From a virus (taxonomy: Duplodnaviria > Heunggongvirae > Uroviricota > Caudoviricetes): DNA of 64,000 bases. A model generated the notes under the pieces. That model was not told the DNA's origin. It ran no database searches and was given only the letters and a program-made list of their open reading frames with translations. The translations under genes were made by a program, and so were the position numbers. How positions within the stretch are numbered: the first letter of the stretch is position 1; every line of letters begins with the position of its first letter. Below are positions 55,092 through 63,389 of this stretch, piece after piece. The stretch is taken from IMG/VR virus record IMGVR_UViG_3300031992_000008, positions 1 through 64,000 of that record; one strand, 5' to 3'.

Positions 55092-55334
55092 ATGTCGATT
55101 TTTGATAAGGCCACCATTGAATGTGGCTTTAGGAACGAAGAGTATCACAAGGCTCTGCCTGAGAGAATCTTCACAAACAAAGAAAGAAACAAGTATATTT
55201 TCGATGAGAAGCATACAGACCTCTATGAAGCTCTTGTAGCTCTTATGTCTGCCTTCCGTGCTGATAACTTGAAGGAAGTTGCTAAGTGTCAGCGTGAATT
55301 CGAAATTCTCTATTGTTACTACGAGGACTATTAA
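55092..55334 (+). CDS. hypothetical protein (80 aa)
   Basis: AGGAGAAA SD. Confidence 0.5.
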   Translation: MSIFDKATIECGFRNEEYHKALPERIFTNKERNKYIFDEKHTDLYEALVALMSAFRADNLKEVAKCQREFEILYCYYEDY

Positions 55335-56248
55335 TGGGTATCTTTACAAAACGCGAATATCTCTGTGATGGAATTGGCTTCATTACGAGACTAAGACTAT
55401 TCGGCAAGCGCTATGGTATGTACAGGCTTCTTGTCGCCAGAAAAGACTTGCCTGAAGAGGATCTGAAAGACCTTATCTCTATGGGTGTAGTAGATGCAGA
55501 TAGGGCTAAATACTTCTCTATCATGGGCGATAAGGGTCTCTTCAAGAATCGCATTTCTATCATCGACTATTACGATGAAAGAATGAGGCTCTTTGCTTCT
55601 GTTTCCAGCAAAGCTGGCAGCCGTACCATCAAGTACTATGAGTTCGATGAAGGTGGAGCAGTGCGTCGTGGTTGCAACACGATCACCTACGAAGGGAATG
55701 GTCATAAGGGCGAATACCGCTACATTAGCAAGCGTGTTAACACCTTTACTACAGACCAAGATCCGATTCTAAACATCATGTGTTCTAAGTCTTTCTACAC
55801 GAATGACAATAATGATGACAATAGTATCATCTCTATCGAGCGCATTATGAACTATAATGTCGTCGATCCGGAGTCCAGACCTAAGGCTGACCTGCTCAAA
55901 ATTGCTTTCAAGAGTGGCAGGGTGAATAACATCGTTGTGAATAATCAGAATGATGACATTCTTATGGCTGAAACAGAACTCCCTACTGGCAAAAAGATTT
56001 ACATCTATAAGAATATCACTCAGGTATATATGAGCCACTTTTCTGACTCTATTGATGGTGATGAAAAGAAACTTACAGAATGTATCGATTATGTCATCGA
56101 TGTGGATACGCCGACAAGCAAAATGCGAAACATCTCTAATGGTGCAGAGTTCGATTTCGACAGTTCACTGTTGGAGCTTCTCTTCAAGGAAGTGGCAGAA
56201 GCCAAATACCCCGAAGAGTTCATCACAAAAGTTATAACAAAACTCTAA
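55334..56248 (+). CDS. hypothetical protein (304 aa)
   Basis: GAGGA SD; TAATG overlap. Confidence 0.6.
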   Translation: MGIFTKREYLCDGIGFITRLRLFGKRYGMYRLLVARKDLPEEDLKDLISMGVVDADRAKYFSIMGDKGLFKNRISIIDYYDERMRLFASVSSKAGSRTIKYYEFDEGGAVRRGCNTITYEGNGHKGEYRYISKRVNTFTTDQDPILNIMCSKSFYTNDNNDDNSIISIERIMNYNVVDPESRPKADLLKIAFKSGRVNNIVVNNQNDDILMAETELPTGKKIYIYKNITQVYMSHFSDSIDGDEKKLTECIDYVIDVDTPTSKMRNISNGAEFDFDSSLLELLFKEVAEAKYPEEFITKVITKL

Positions 56249-56256
56249 TATATTAA

Positions 56257-56298
56257 TAGGAGAATCTTGGAAAGTTTCTGGGATTCTCCTATTTTAAC
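56257..56298 (+). terminator. stem-loop upstream of RNAP beta fragment (terminator or attenuator)
   Basis: taggagaatc ...16 nt... gattctccta then TTTTAACC; weak T-run. Confidence 0.35.
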
Positions 56299-56311
56299 CA
56301 AAGGAAGATAC

Positions 56312-58204
56312 ATGCCTGACCATTCAGCTATGGAAAGTGAGCTACTTGTTCCGAATGCGAACAAGATTGATGGGCCAAGATTAAATATGGTGTGTAACCA
56401 TTTGAATCAGGCTCTTGTATTAGACGACCCGGAACCACCTCTGTTGTTCACCAACTTTGAAAATCAGGTTGGAGAAGTTTCTTCAAGCATTCTAACTTAT
56501 GACAATGACCAAAAGCTCTTGAAGAAAATCAAAAAGAATGAATCGACCTATGCCATCATCATGGAAGATACGAAGACTGGTAAGATCGATTTTAAAGAAA
56601 TTGCAGCATCAAAGAGACTGACTGAACACTACGGTTATCTTAACCGTATTCCTGACTATGATGCTCTTGACGAAGGCATGACTATCGGTGCTGGAGAAGT
56701 TATTTCTTCTGCATCATCTTATGATGACGAACTGAACCTTGGATTTGGAAAGAACCTTAAGACCATCTTCTATAACCATAAGGATGGTACGATTGAAGAT
56801 GCAATTGTAATCTCTCAATCTGCTGCCGAAAAGATGAAGTTCACGGAAATTTCCGAGTATGGAATTCTTATCAACAGCAATGATGTTCTGTTGAATTTGT
56901 ATGGAGACGTTGGTAATTATCAGTGCCTTCCGTCGATTTATCAGGAAATCAGTAATGGTATCATTTGTGCTAGAAGACGTTATGAGAAGAGATCTTCGTT
57001 TGCAAGATTTACGGATTCCACGGCAAGAAAGATCATTGCATCGGATGCCGTATTCAGTGGTAATGGTTATGTCGAAGACATCACTATTTATGCTAACGTA
57101 AACGCAGATGCTCTGAATGAACCTTGGAGTGCACAGATCAAGGACATTTTGGAAAACCAAGAACGCTACTGGCTCGAAATCATCGAAGCCTTGTGGCCTT
57201 ATAAAGATACTGGAAGACTGACTCCGGATGCATCTTATGCTCTGGCTAGGTATTCCGAAAGTGTCAAGGGGCCTCATAGTGAAAAGAAGCCTTGGATTGC
57301 CAAGAATGAATTTGACTTCCTGTATATCGTTGTCAAGGTATGCCATCAGAGACCGCTTGAAGTCGGCTGTAAGATTACTAACAGGTATGGCTCTAAGGGT
57401 GTGATTTCTAAGATCCTGCCCGATAATGAAATGCCTGAAACAGAAGACGGGGATCATGCAGAAGTCTGTATGTCACCGTTGGGTATCATCGGTCGATTGA
57501 ATCCGGGAGCTTTGTTTGAGCTTGCGATTAATGAGATTGCAGACAATTTCAGAAAGCGTGGAGCTAACTTGGATCTTGATGGCAAGATCAATATGATGTA
57601 CGAATGCTACAAGAGCTTAAATTACGACCAATACTTCAATGTAAAGGAATTTGTCGATAGCTTGAGTAGGGAAGAGCAGGAAGAGTTCATCAATGAGATG
57701 TATGATAGGGGCTTCCCGATTCATATGCCTCCATTCTTCAATAACATCAGTTTTGAAGAGTATGCAGAAATCATTGATACCTACGACATCAAGCAGACGA
57801 AGTTCAAGGGAATTGACAAGCCGTTGACATTTGCGAAAGCGTACTTCATGAGACTTAAACAAGAACCATCCGGCAAGCAATCGGCAAGATGCGTCGGTCT
57901 GCTGAGTTCTAAGGGTGTTCCGAACAAGAGTAAGAGTGCGAAGAGCACTGATATTCTGAGTAAGACTCCGATCAGACTTGGCGAACAAGAAACGTCTAAC
58001 CTGATGTTCTCTGGAAACATTTCCGATATCTTTGACCTGCTGTCATTCAATTCACAATCTGCTGAAGACAGACTTGAGTTGGCTACAGCATTGATCAATA
58101 AGAAGGAAGGCGAAGAGATCAAGCTTGAACGGAAAGGCAATAATGTTCCAAAGAGTATGCTTTCGGGCTATCTCTCTGGGCTTGGACTGAAAATCGAGAA
58201 ATGA
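56312..58204 (+). CDS. multisubunit RNA polymerase beta subunit, C-terminal fragment (split rpoB-like)
   Basis: NRYGSKGVISKILPDNEMPETEDGDHAEVCMSPLGIIGRLNPGALFE matches bacterial RpoB GRHGNKGVISKI.P.EDMP..DGTPVDIVLNPLGVPSRMN.GQ; C-terminal PIRLGEQE...LSGLGLKIE matches GGQRFGEME...LKSLGINIEL; AAGGAAG SD. Confidence 0.8.
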   Translation: MPDHSAMESELLVPNANKIDGPRLNMVCNHLNQALVLDDPEPPLLFTNFENQVGEVSSSILTYDNDQKLLKKIKKNESTYAIIMEDTKTGKIDFKEIAASKRLTEHYGYLNRIPDYDALDEGMTIGAGEVISSASSYDDELNLGFGKNLKTIFYNHKDGTIEDAIVISQSAAEKMKFTEISEYGILINSNDVLLNLYGDVGNYQCLPSIYQEISNGIICARRRYEKRSSFARFTDSTARKIIASDAVFSGNGYVEDITIYANVNADALNEPWSAQIKDILENQERYWLEIIEALWPYKDTGRLTPDASYALARYSESVKGPHSEKKPWIAKNEFDFLYIVVKVCHQRPLEVGCKITNRYGSKGVISKILPDNEMPETEDGDHAEVCMSPLGIIGRLNPGALFELAINEIADNFRKRGANLDLDGKINMMYECYKSLNYDQYFNVKEFVDSLSREEQEEFINEMYDRGFPIHMPPFFNNISFEEYAEIIDTYDIKQTKFKGIDKPLTFAKAYFMRLKQEPSGKQSARCVGLLSSKGVPNKSKSAKSTDILSKTPIRLGEQETSNLMFSGNISDIFDLLSFNSQSAEDRLELATALINKKEGEEIKLERKGNNVPKSMLSGYLSGLGLKIEK

Positions 58205-58836
58205 CGGAATTAAATATCGATATAGGCACCAAAGGAATAGCAGCTGTTGTACACTCTACAACAGCTTCTTTAACATTTGTAAATTTCAAAGAAAAGAAGT
58301 GGGTAACGACTTGGCCCACGATAGAAGACAGACTCCTTCTGGACATGTGTGACTACAAGGTCATTGATGATCCGATCGCTGATGCGATTATGCGTATCAA
58401 CAGTCTTGAAGACACCTCAACTACCTGCTGTTGTGCTGGGCATACGGACTACCCTCAAGGTGGTTACATATGGTTTAATACCGTGTCGACTCAGCTAGTA
58501 ACAATCATGGATAGTCTCAAGTACTGGAAAAAGGACGGTATCGACATTTACAGAATCAGGAATGTTGGCAAAGATTTGTCTTTATGGTTTGAAGCCTTAA
58601 AGGAATTGTATAATGCCTTTAAGGATTATCCCAATAAATTCGAACAGTGCCATGTCCTTAATACTGGAGAGACCACTAGGATTGTGTCTCACAAACTTTT
58701 CAAAGATATCGAAGAGATTGATGAGTCTCTTGACGTACCTTTCTATGCAGTGGACAGGAACACCCTGACCTTCGAACAGAGAGAGGTACTCAAGTTGTAT
58801 GACGAATCTCTCCCTTCTGTTACTGTTGAAAAGTAG
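58201..58836 (+). CDS. hypothetical protein (211 aa) translationally coupled to the RNAP fragment
   Basis: ATGA overlap; contains CCCAGH; terminator downstream. Confidence 0.6.
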   Translation: MTELNIDIGTKGIAAVVHSTTASLTFVNFKEKKWVTTWPTIEDRLLLDMCDYKVIDDPIADAIMRINSLEDTSTTCCCAGHTDYPQGGYIWFNTVSTQLVTIMDSLKYWKKDGIDIYRIRNVGKDLSLWFEALKELYNAFKDYPNKFEQCHVLNTGETTRIVSHKLFKDIEEIDESLDVPFYAVDRNTLTFEQREVLKLYDESLPSVTVEK

Positions 58837-58847
58837 AAAAAAGAAAA

Positions 58848-58884
58848 GCCCGTTGCATTACTGCATTGGGCGATTCTTTTTTTT
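58848..58884 (+). terminator. intrinsic terminator
   Basis: gcccgttgca ttac tgcattgggcg then ATTCTTTTTTTT. Confidence 0.55.
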
Positions 58885-59191
58885 AAGCCGCAGCCACCGC
58901 CTTAGCTTCCTTGAGCCATTCAACAGCGCACGGAATCTTGATGCCAGCGCAGAATGCGACAGCACCGAGAACCACGCCAATTTCGTCATGAGTCACTTCT
59001 TCACCGAAGAAATGATCAAAGTTGAACTTGGCTATGATCTCATGTGCCTTTTTCGCAGCACCATACTGAGCTGCAATCATCGGATGGCTGTTGATGTAGC
59101 GAATGTTTTCATGCATGAAGTCGAAGAGCTTATCTTCGAGAACCTTCAAGGAATTCATTGCAGCGGCTTTCTTGGTCATCATCATAGTCAT
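58883..59191 (-). CDS. hypothetical Ala-rich protein (102 aa)
   Basis: AGAGGTG SD; GC3-rich; the overlapping plus-strand ORF 58799..59272 looks like an antisense artefact. Confidence 0.5.
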   Translation of the reverse strand: MTMMMTKKAAAMNSLKVLEDKLFDFMHENIRYINSHPMIAAQYGAAKKAHEIIAKFNFDHFFGEEVTHDEIGVVLGAVAFCAGIKIPCAVEWLKEAKAVAAA

Positions 59192-59287
59192 GGTACACCT
59201 CTTGAGGTTTGCTTCATAGTCATATCAAGAATGTGCACTCGCATCATTCAGGTACTATTCAGCATAAGTTAATATGGGATCATAGAT

Positions 59288-59332
59288 AAAAATTTTACGG
59301 TACATAGATAATCTACCGAACTTATGAATGAA
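59288..59332 (+). promoter_or_regulatory. class-2 promoter: AAAAATTTTACGG .. GAACTTATGAATGAA
   Basis: Both elements upstream of 59347 gene. Confidence 0.45.
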
Positions 59333-59346
59333 CAAAAGGAGTAATT

Positions 59347-59874
59347 ATGCCTGAAGGAATGAATATCAAACCCTACCTCGAAGCCAAAAAGCTTTATCTT
59401 GTTGAATTTGCAAAGGATAAGGTTATCCATAAAGGATATAACGAGAAGGGTGAAACTATTGAGCTTCACGGAATGAAGATTTCCCGTATTGCAGACTGCG
59501 ATTGCAATGTGATTTCCGAAGCAAACGTTTTGGAACACAAGGAATGTGATATCTCTGCCTTGGCAGGTGGGGATAAGTGTATCGTAGCAGTAGTATCTAC
59601 TGACGGTATCACTATTCACTGGTGCGCTTTTGAAATTATCAAAGGTAACAACGAAAGCAATCAGTTCATCATTGGTAAAAAGTGGATGTGCAATGGTGAA
59701 GAATCCAAGATCCTGAATGAAACCTTCCCGGAATACTTCGATCATTGTGCAGTCTCTGGTGAAGAATTCTATGAGAAGAACAAGGAATTCTTGCCTACTG
59801 ACGAAGGTGATAAGCCGTTGGATCTTCCCGAAAAGACCGAGGAATATCATGAAGAAAGCGAAGCTGCTAATTAA
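59347..59874 (+). CDS. hypothetical Cys-containing protein (175 aa)
   Basis: AAAAGGAG SD; AAATTTTACGG and GAACTTATGAATGAA elements upstream. Confidence 0.6.
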   Translation: MPEGMNIKPYLEAKKLYLVEFAKDKVIHKGYNEKGETIELHGMKISRIADCDCNVISEANVLEHKECDISALAGGDKCIVAVVSTDGITIHWCAFEIIKGNNESNQFIIGKKWMCNGEESKILNETFPEYFDHCAVSGEEFYEKNKEFLPTDEGDKPLDLPEKTEEYHEESEAAN

Positions 59875-60015
59875 GGCTATTCTAATGATTCCGCTATCCA
59901 TATTCGCTATGCTAGTGATTTATGGAAGCCACAAATAGAACTTATAGAAATGGTGAGAGCCATTTCTATATTTATTCATCAGAAACTACTAATTGAAAAA
60001 TGAAAAGGAGAGTTT

Positions 60016-60780
60016 ATGCCCTCGGTATTCTTAGCTCAAAATTTCGAAGCGAGATCTAATCCTTCGATTATTCGTGAAACAGACGATGATGTGACCTTCA
60101 GATGTATTTTGCAAGACGGTGACACTCTCAATAGAAATAGAAAGATCTATCCTACTGAAATGATTGAAGCTGCCTTGCAGGATCCTCTACTTCAGGAAGC
60201 TATGCAGTGCGGTACTCTGTATGGTGAGGCAGGTCATCCTTTCGATACCAACATTAAAAGACAGCTGTACATCGACTACGGTAATGTTTCTCATGCTATC
60301 AATAAGATTGATAGAAAGACTAACAAGTTCTATGGCGATGTGACTACTACTGCCAATAATCAAGGTTCTTGGATGAAGAAAGAAGTTGATAAGGGTAAAG
60401 TCTTGTCGTTCTCTATGCGTGGTCTACACAAGCTAAAACAGGAAGGTGATCACTTCCGTGTTGTGAACCTTAAGATCGCTACTTATGACTGGGTTCCCGT
60501 ACCATCTCATGCAGTAGCCAGAATGTGTTCTGCTAGAGAATCTGTAGAAGCTTTTGCAAAGCTGGATGAACATCCGGTTTCTGACGAAGCTTTGAAGGAA
60601 GTTCTGGCTTCTGAAGGTATTAATTCCTTGTTTGCCATTGAAGACATGCTCGATAGCGAAGTAAAGTCTGCTACCGTTGAGAACAAGGTTCTTAAGGTGC
60701 ATGGTAATTCCGGGATTATGTCGTTCAGCAATCTCCGTTCTAAGACCCTTTCGATTCTTGATGACGTCCTTGGAGGTTAA
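60016..60780 (+). CDS. prohead maturation protease, HK97-type (S78-like)
   Basis: LYGEAGHPFD (His), KVLSFSMRGL (Ser) and DWVPVPSHAVARM resemble HK97 gp4 MLWQHD.., ALSGLSIGF, VSPVTFPANDAARV; AAGGAG SD. Confidence 0.5.
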   Translation: MPSVFLAQNFEARSNPSIIRETDDDVTFRCILQDGDTLNRNRKIYPTEMIEAALQDPLLQEAMQCGTLYGEAGHPFDTNIKRQLYIDYGNVSHAINKIDRKTNKFYGDVTTTANNQGSWMKKEVDKGKVLSFSMRGLHKLKQEGDHFRVVNLKIATYDWVPVPSHAVARMCSARESVEAFAKLDEHPVSDEALKEVLASEGINSLFAIEDMLDSEVKSATVENKVLKVHGNSGIMSFSNLRSKTLSILDDVLGG

Positions 60781-60782
60781 TT

Positions 60783-61172
60783 ATGGATGGAAATCTTGCT
60801 AGTGCTCTTGTGGATTTTTTGTTAGAGCTTGGTGGTCTTGTAGTAGCTGTCACAGCTCTTATTAAGGTACGAACCGCAGCCGCTAAAGGCGATTCGACAG
60901 CGACTAAGAGCTCTGAGATGTCTCTGCAATTAGAGAATCTCAAGCACAGAATCGATGGCGAATATAAAAGTGACATAGTTCTTATGAAGCAAAAGCTAGA
61001 TAATGATTATGCTGCTATTAATACGCTTAAAAGCAAGACAGAAGCACAAGGAACCAATCTTGCGACGTTGACTCAGCGTGTTGACGTAGTGGAAAAGCTA
61101 GTAGAGAAAGTAGACAGACTTACAGAGATTGTTATATCTGTACGGACGCTAATGGAAAGTAATAAAAAGTAA
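60783..61172 (+). CDS. coiled-coil protein with hydrophobic N-terminus (129 aa); possible scaffold
   Basis: GGAGG SD; position directly after protease. Confidence 0.55.
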   Translation: MDGNLASALVDFLLELGGLVVAVTALIKVRTAAAKGDSTATKSSEMSLQLENLKHRIDGEYKSDIVLMKQKLDNDYAAINTLKSKTEAQGTNLATLTQRVDVVEKLVEKVDRLTEIVISVRTLMESNKK

Positions 61173-61189
61173 CCTAAAGGAGAAATACA

Positions 61190-61912
61190 ATGGATAACTT
61201 GTGGCTAAGTACAGCCAAGATTATACAACGAGTAAAAGCTCGTTGTGGTGCTGGTATGCGTAATCTTGAGCTGGACGATGATGCTATTGCAGAAATTCTT
61301 AGAGACGAAACACTTCCGACTTTGTCTGTGTATTTCCCCAAGATTATTCATTACATCATCGACATGAAGAATGATATGGTTGATGGACAGCCAGGATTAT
61401 ATTATGTCGAGACTCCTACACAGCTACTTGGAGCAGAAGTTCTTACTTCTCTAAATGGTATTGGAAGCTCTACTACATTCTATGACAGATTCTATAGAGT
61501 CTGCCCGTTCGAGTTTGTACTTTCTTTTTTACAAGACGAAATTGCCAATTTTACCTCTATTCCTTATACGGTACATTTAGTGCCGCCCAATAAAGTAAAT
61601 ATTGCTCCTAATCCACCCGAAGGAATGAACGATAACAGAATGGCACTTAAGCTTAAGGTTGCGCATTCCGACTTTACTGAATTCCATCCGGGTCTTCGTG
61701 AATACATTCTTCAGCTTGCTGCTTGTGATGTCAAGATGGATATCTTGGGATTCAGGCATGTATTTACAAATGTAAATACTACACAGAGTGAACTGGAACT
61801 CTATACAGGCACATATGAAGATGCTGTGAATGAACGAAAAGAGATATTGGAGAAATTTAGACAAAATATGCATCTATCCGCAAATCGCAGAAAGATCTGG
61901 ACTGAATACTAA
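61190..61912 (+). CDS. hypothetical protein (240 aa), possible head component
   Basis: AAAGGAG SD. Confidence 0.6.
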   Translation: MDNLWLSTAKIIQRVKARCGAGMRNLELDDDAIAEILRDETLPTLSVYFPKIIHYIIDMKNDMVDGQPGLYYVETPTQLLGAEVLTSLNGIGSSTTFYDRFYRVCPFEFVLSFLQDEIANFTSIPYTVHLVPPNKVNIAPNPPEGMNDNRMALKLKVAHSDFTEFHPGLREYILQLAACDVKMDILGFRHVFTNVNTTQSELELYTGTYEDAVNERKEILEKFRQNMHLSANRRKIWTEY

Positions 61913-61985
61913 AATAATTAACGCAAAAGATAGTACTGAATAAGAAAAAATTAAAGAAGATGGTTTGCCAGACCATCTTCTATTT

Positions 61986-63281
61986 TTATTTGTTCGCTTC
62001 GAGACTATCCGCGAATTCACGGATCTTCTTTGCAAGGTCAATGTTCTTCTGGCGTTCCGCCTGGAGCTGGGTGCGAAGACTGGTTTGACCAGCTTGGAGT
62101 GCGCCGTTCTTGGAGCTCAAGGCATTGATCCGATCCATGAGAGCATCAATCTTCGAAAGATAGTCGCTTTCCATGTCAGCCATTGCCTTATTTGTAGCTT
62201 CAAGTTCAGCCCTGAGTTCATCGATGCGGATATCTTCGGCAGACTTTTTCTTTTCCTGCCTTTTGGACAACATCTCGTTGAACTTCTCCGGAGAAAGTTC
62301 CTTAAGCTTACTGTTGACCCAGATGCTCATATACTGCTGGGTAACACCAAGTTTTTCGGCATTCTCCTTGACGGTGATCTTCGGATCAAACAGCGCAACA
62401 CGCTGCAGATCGATCCGACGACCCTCATCATATTCTTCGAGAGTGTCTTTGTCGCAATGGCTGCGAAAGTTCTGAACATTTATCCCGTTGTGCTTGCAGT
62501 ACTCCTGATAGGAGAGTCCCGATGCCTTCATAGCCGTAATGCGCTCTTCCCAGATTGCATTACGATTCACTTCTCGCTCCTCAAGCAAGTCCTTAGGACA
62601 ATGCTTTCTGAACTGAGCAGGATTGAGATCCTGTTCCTTACAGAATTCAGGAATCATTTTTCCCGGAAGGTTCCGGAGAGTCTCGATCATAGCATCCCAG
62701 TCGATTACTCGCTTAGGGCCACGGACGAACTCTTTCCGCTGTTCCCATTCCTCCTTTGTGATGTGTTGCCGAAACACTGCTACAGAGATTCCCTTCTCCG
62801 CACAGAATTCGTCAACAGTTTTATCACTAGAGCGGAATTCAGGAATGAGCTCATCCCAGCTCCAGATGGGAAGTTTCCGGTCATAATGTTCCAGCCAAGT
62901 TTTCTTGTCCAATACATTCCTAAGCACTGCTTCTGAAATATCCGGATGGGCGACAAGGTAGTCCTGAACCCTCAGGTTGGGATCCTTGGCAAACTCTCGA
63001 CGAATACGCGCTTTGCGCTTCTTTGAGAATTCCTTAAAGGACTCCTGTACGACAGGAGCAGCCTGAGTAGGCTCAGGTTCCTTCTTGAGAAAGGTACCCA
63101 GCAAGAATTCCTTTTGGGGTTCGGCCAATCCCAACTTAGCCGATGTGCGGATTACAAAGGCAACATTGCCCCTGTTGAGCTTATTCAGCTCGGAAAACAC
63201 CCGCATGTTGGGATGTGCTGGCTTGGAGTCGAGGTACTCTTTGAGTTTTTCTTCTACTTTGGCGATTTCTTCTTCTGTCAT
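61986..63281 (-). CDS. protein with four about 30-aa HTH-like tandem repeats and C-terminal coiled coil; early-promoter driven
   Basis: AAGGAG SD; repeats VDEFCAEKGISVAVFRQHI / IPEFCKEQDLNPAQFRKHC / YQEYCKHNGINVQNFRSHC; minus-strand TATATTATA..CTTAACCA box upstream. Confidence 0.65.
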   Translation of the reverse strand: MTEEEIAKVEEKLKEYLDSKPAHPNMRVFSELNKLNRGNVAFVIRTSAKLGLAEPQKEFLLGTFLKKEPEPTQAAPVVQESFKEFSKKRKARIRREFAKDPNLRVQDYLVAHPDISEAVLRNVLDKKTWLEHYDRKLPIWSWDELIPEFRSSDKTVDEFCAEKGISVAVFRQHITKEEWEQRKEFVRGPKRVIDWDAMIETLRNLPGKMIPEFCKEQDLNPAQFRKHCPKDLLEEREVNRNAIWEERITAMKASGLSYQEYCKHNGINVQNFRSHCDKDTLEEYDEGRRIDLQRVALFDPKITVKENAEKLGVTQQYMSIWVNSKLKELSPEKFNEMLSKRQEKKKSAEDIRIDELRAELEATNKAMADMESDYLSKIDALMDRINALSSKNGALQAGQTSLRTQLQAERQKNIDLAKKIREFADSLEANK

Positions 63282-63299
63282 ATTTATTACTCCTTGTAG

Positions 63300-63345
63300 T
63301 ATGGTTAAGAATTATAGCCAAGATATAATATATTTTCTATTTATA
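63300..63345 (-). promoter_or_regulatory. early-class promoter box on minus strand (TATATTATATCTTGG..CTTAACCA..ACAAGGAG)
   Basis: Full early-box architecture in front of 61986..63281. Confidence 0.55.
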
Positions 63346-63351
63346 ATAAAT

Positions 63352-63389
63352 TACGAAAAAAAAGAAAGAATGGCATGAAGCCATTCTTA
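63352..63389 (-). terminator. intrinsic terminator (minus strand)
   Basis: aagaatggc atga gccattctt with T-run on minus strand. Confidence 0.6.

Noticed and set aside
58799-59272. 157-aa plus-strand ORF overlapping the 58883..59191 minus gene
   Set aside because: Translation is Leu/Ser/His-rich and junk-like, and starts inside the upstream terminator. The minus-strand ORF has AGAGGTG SD and protein-like composition.
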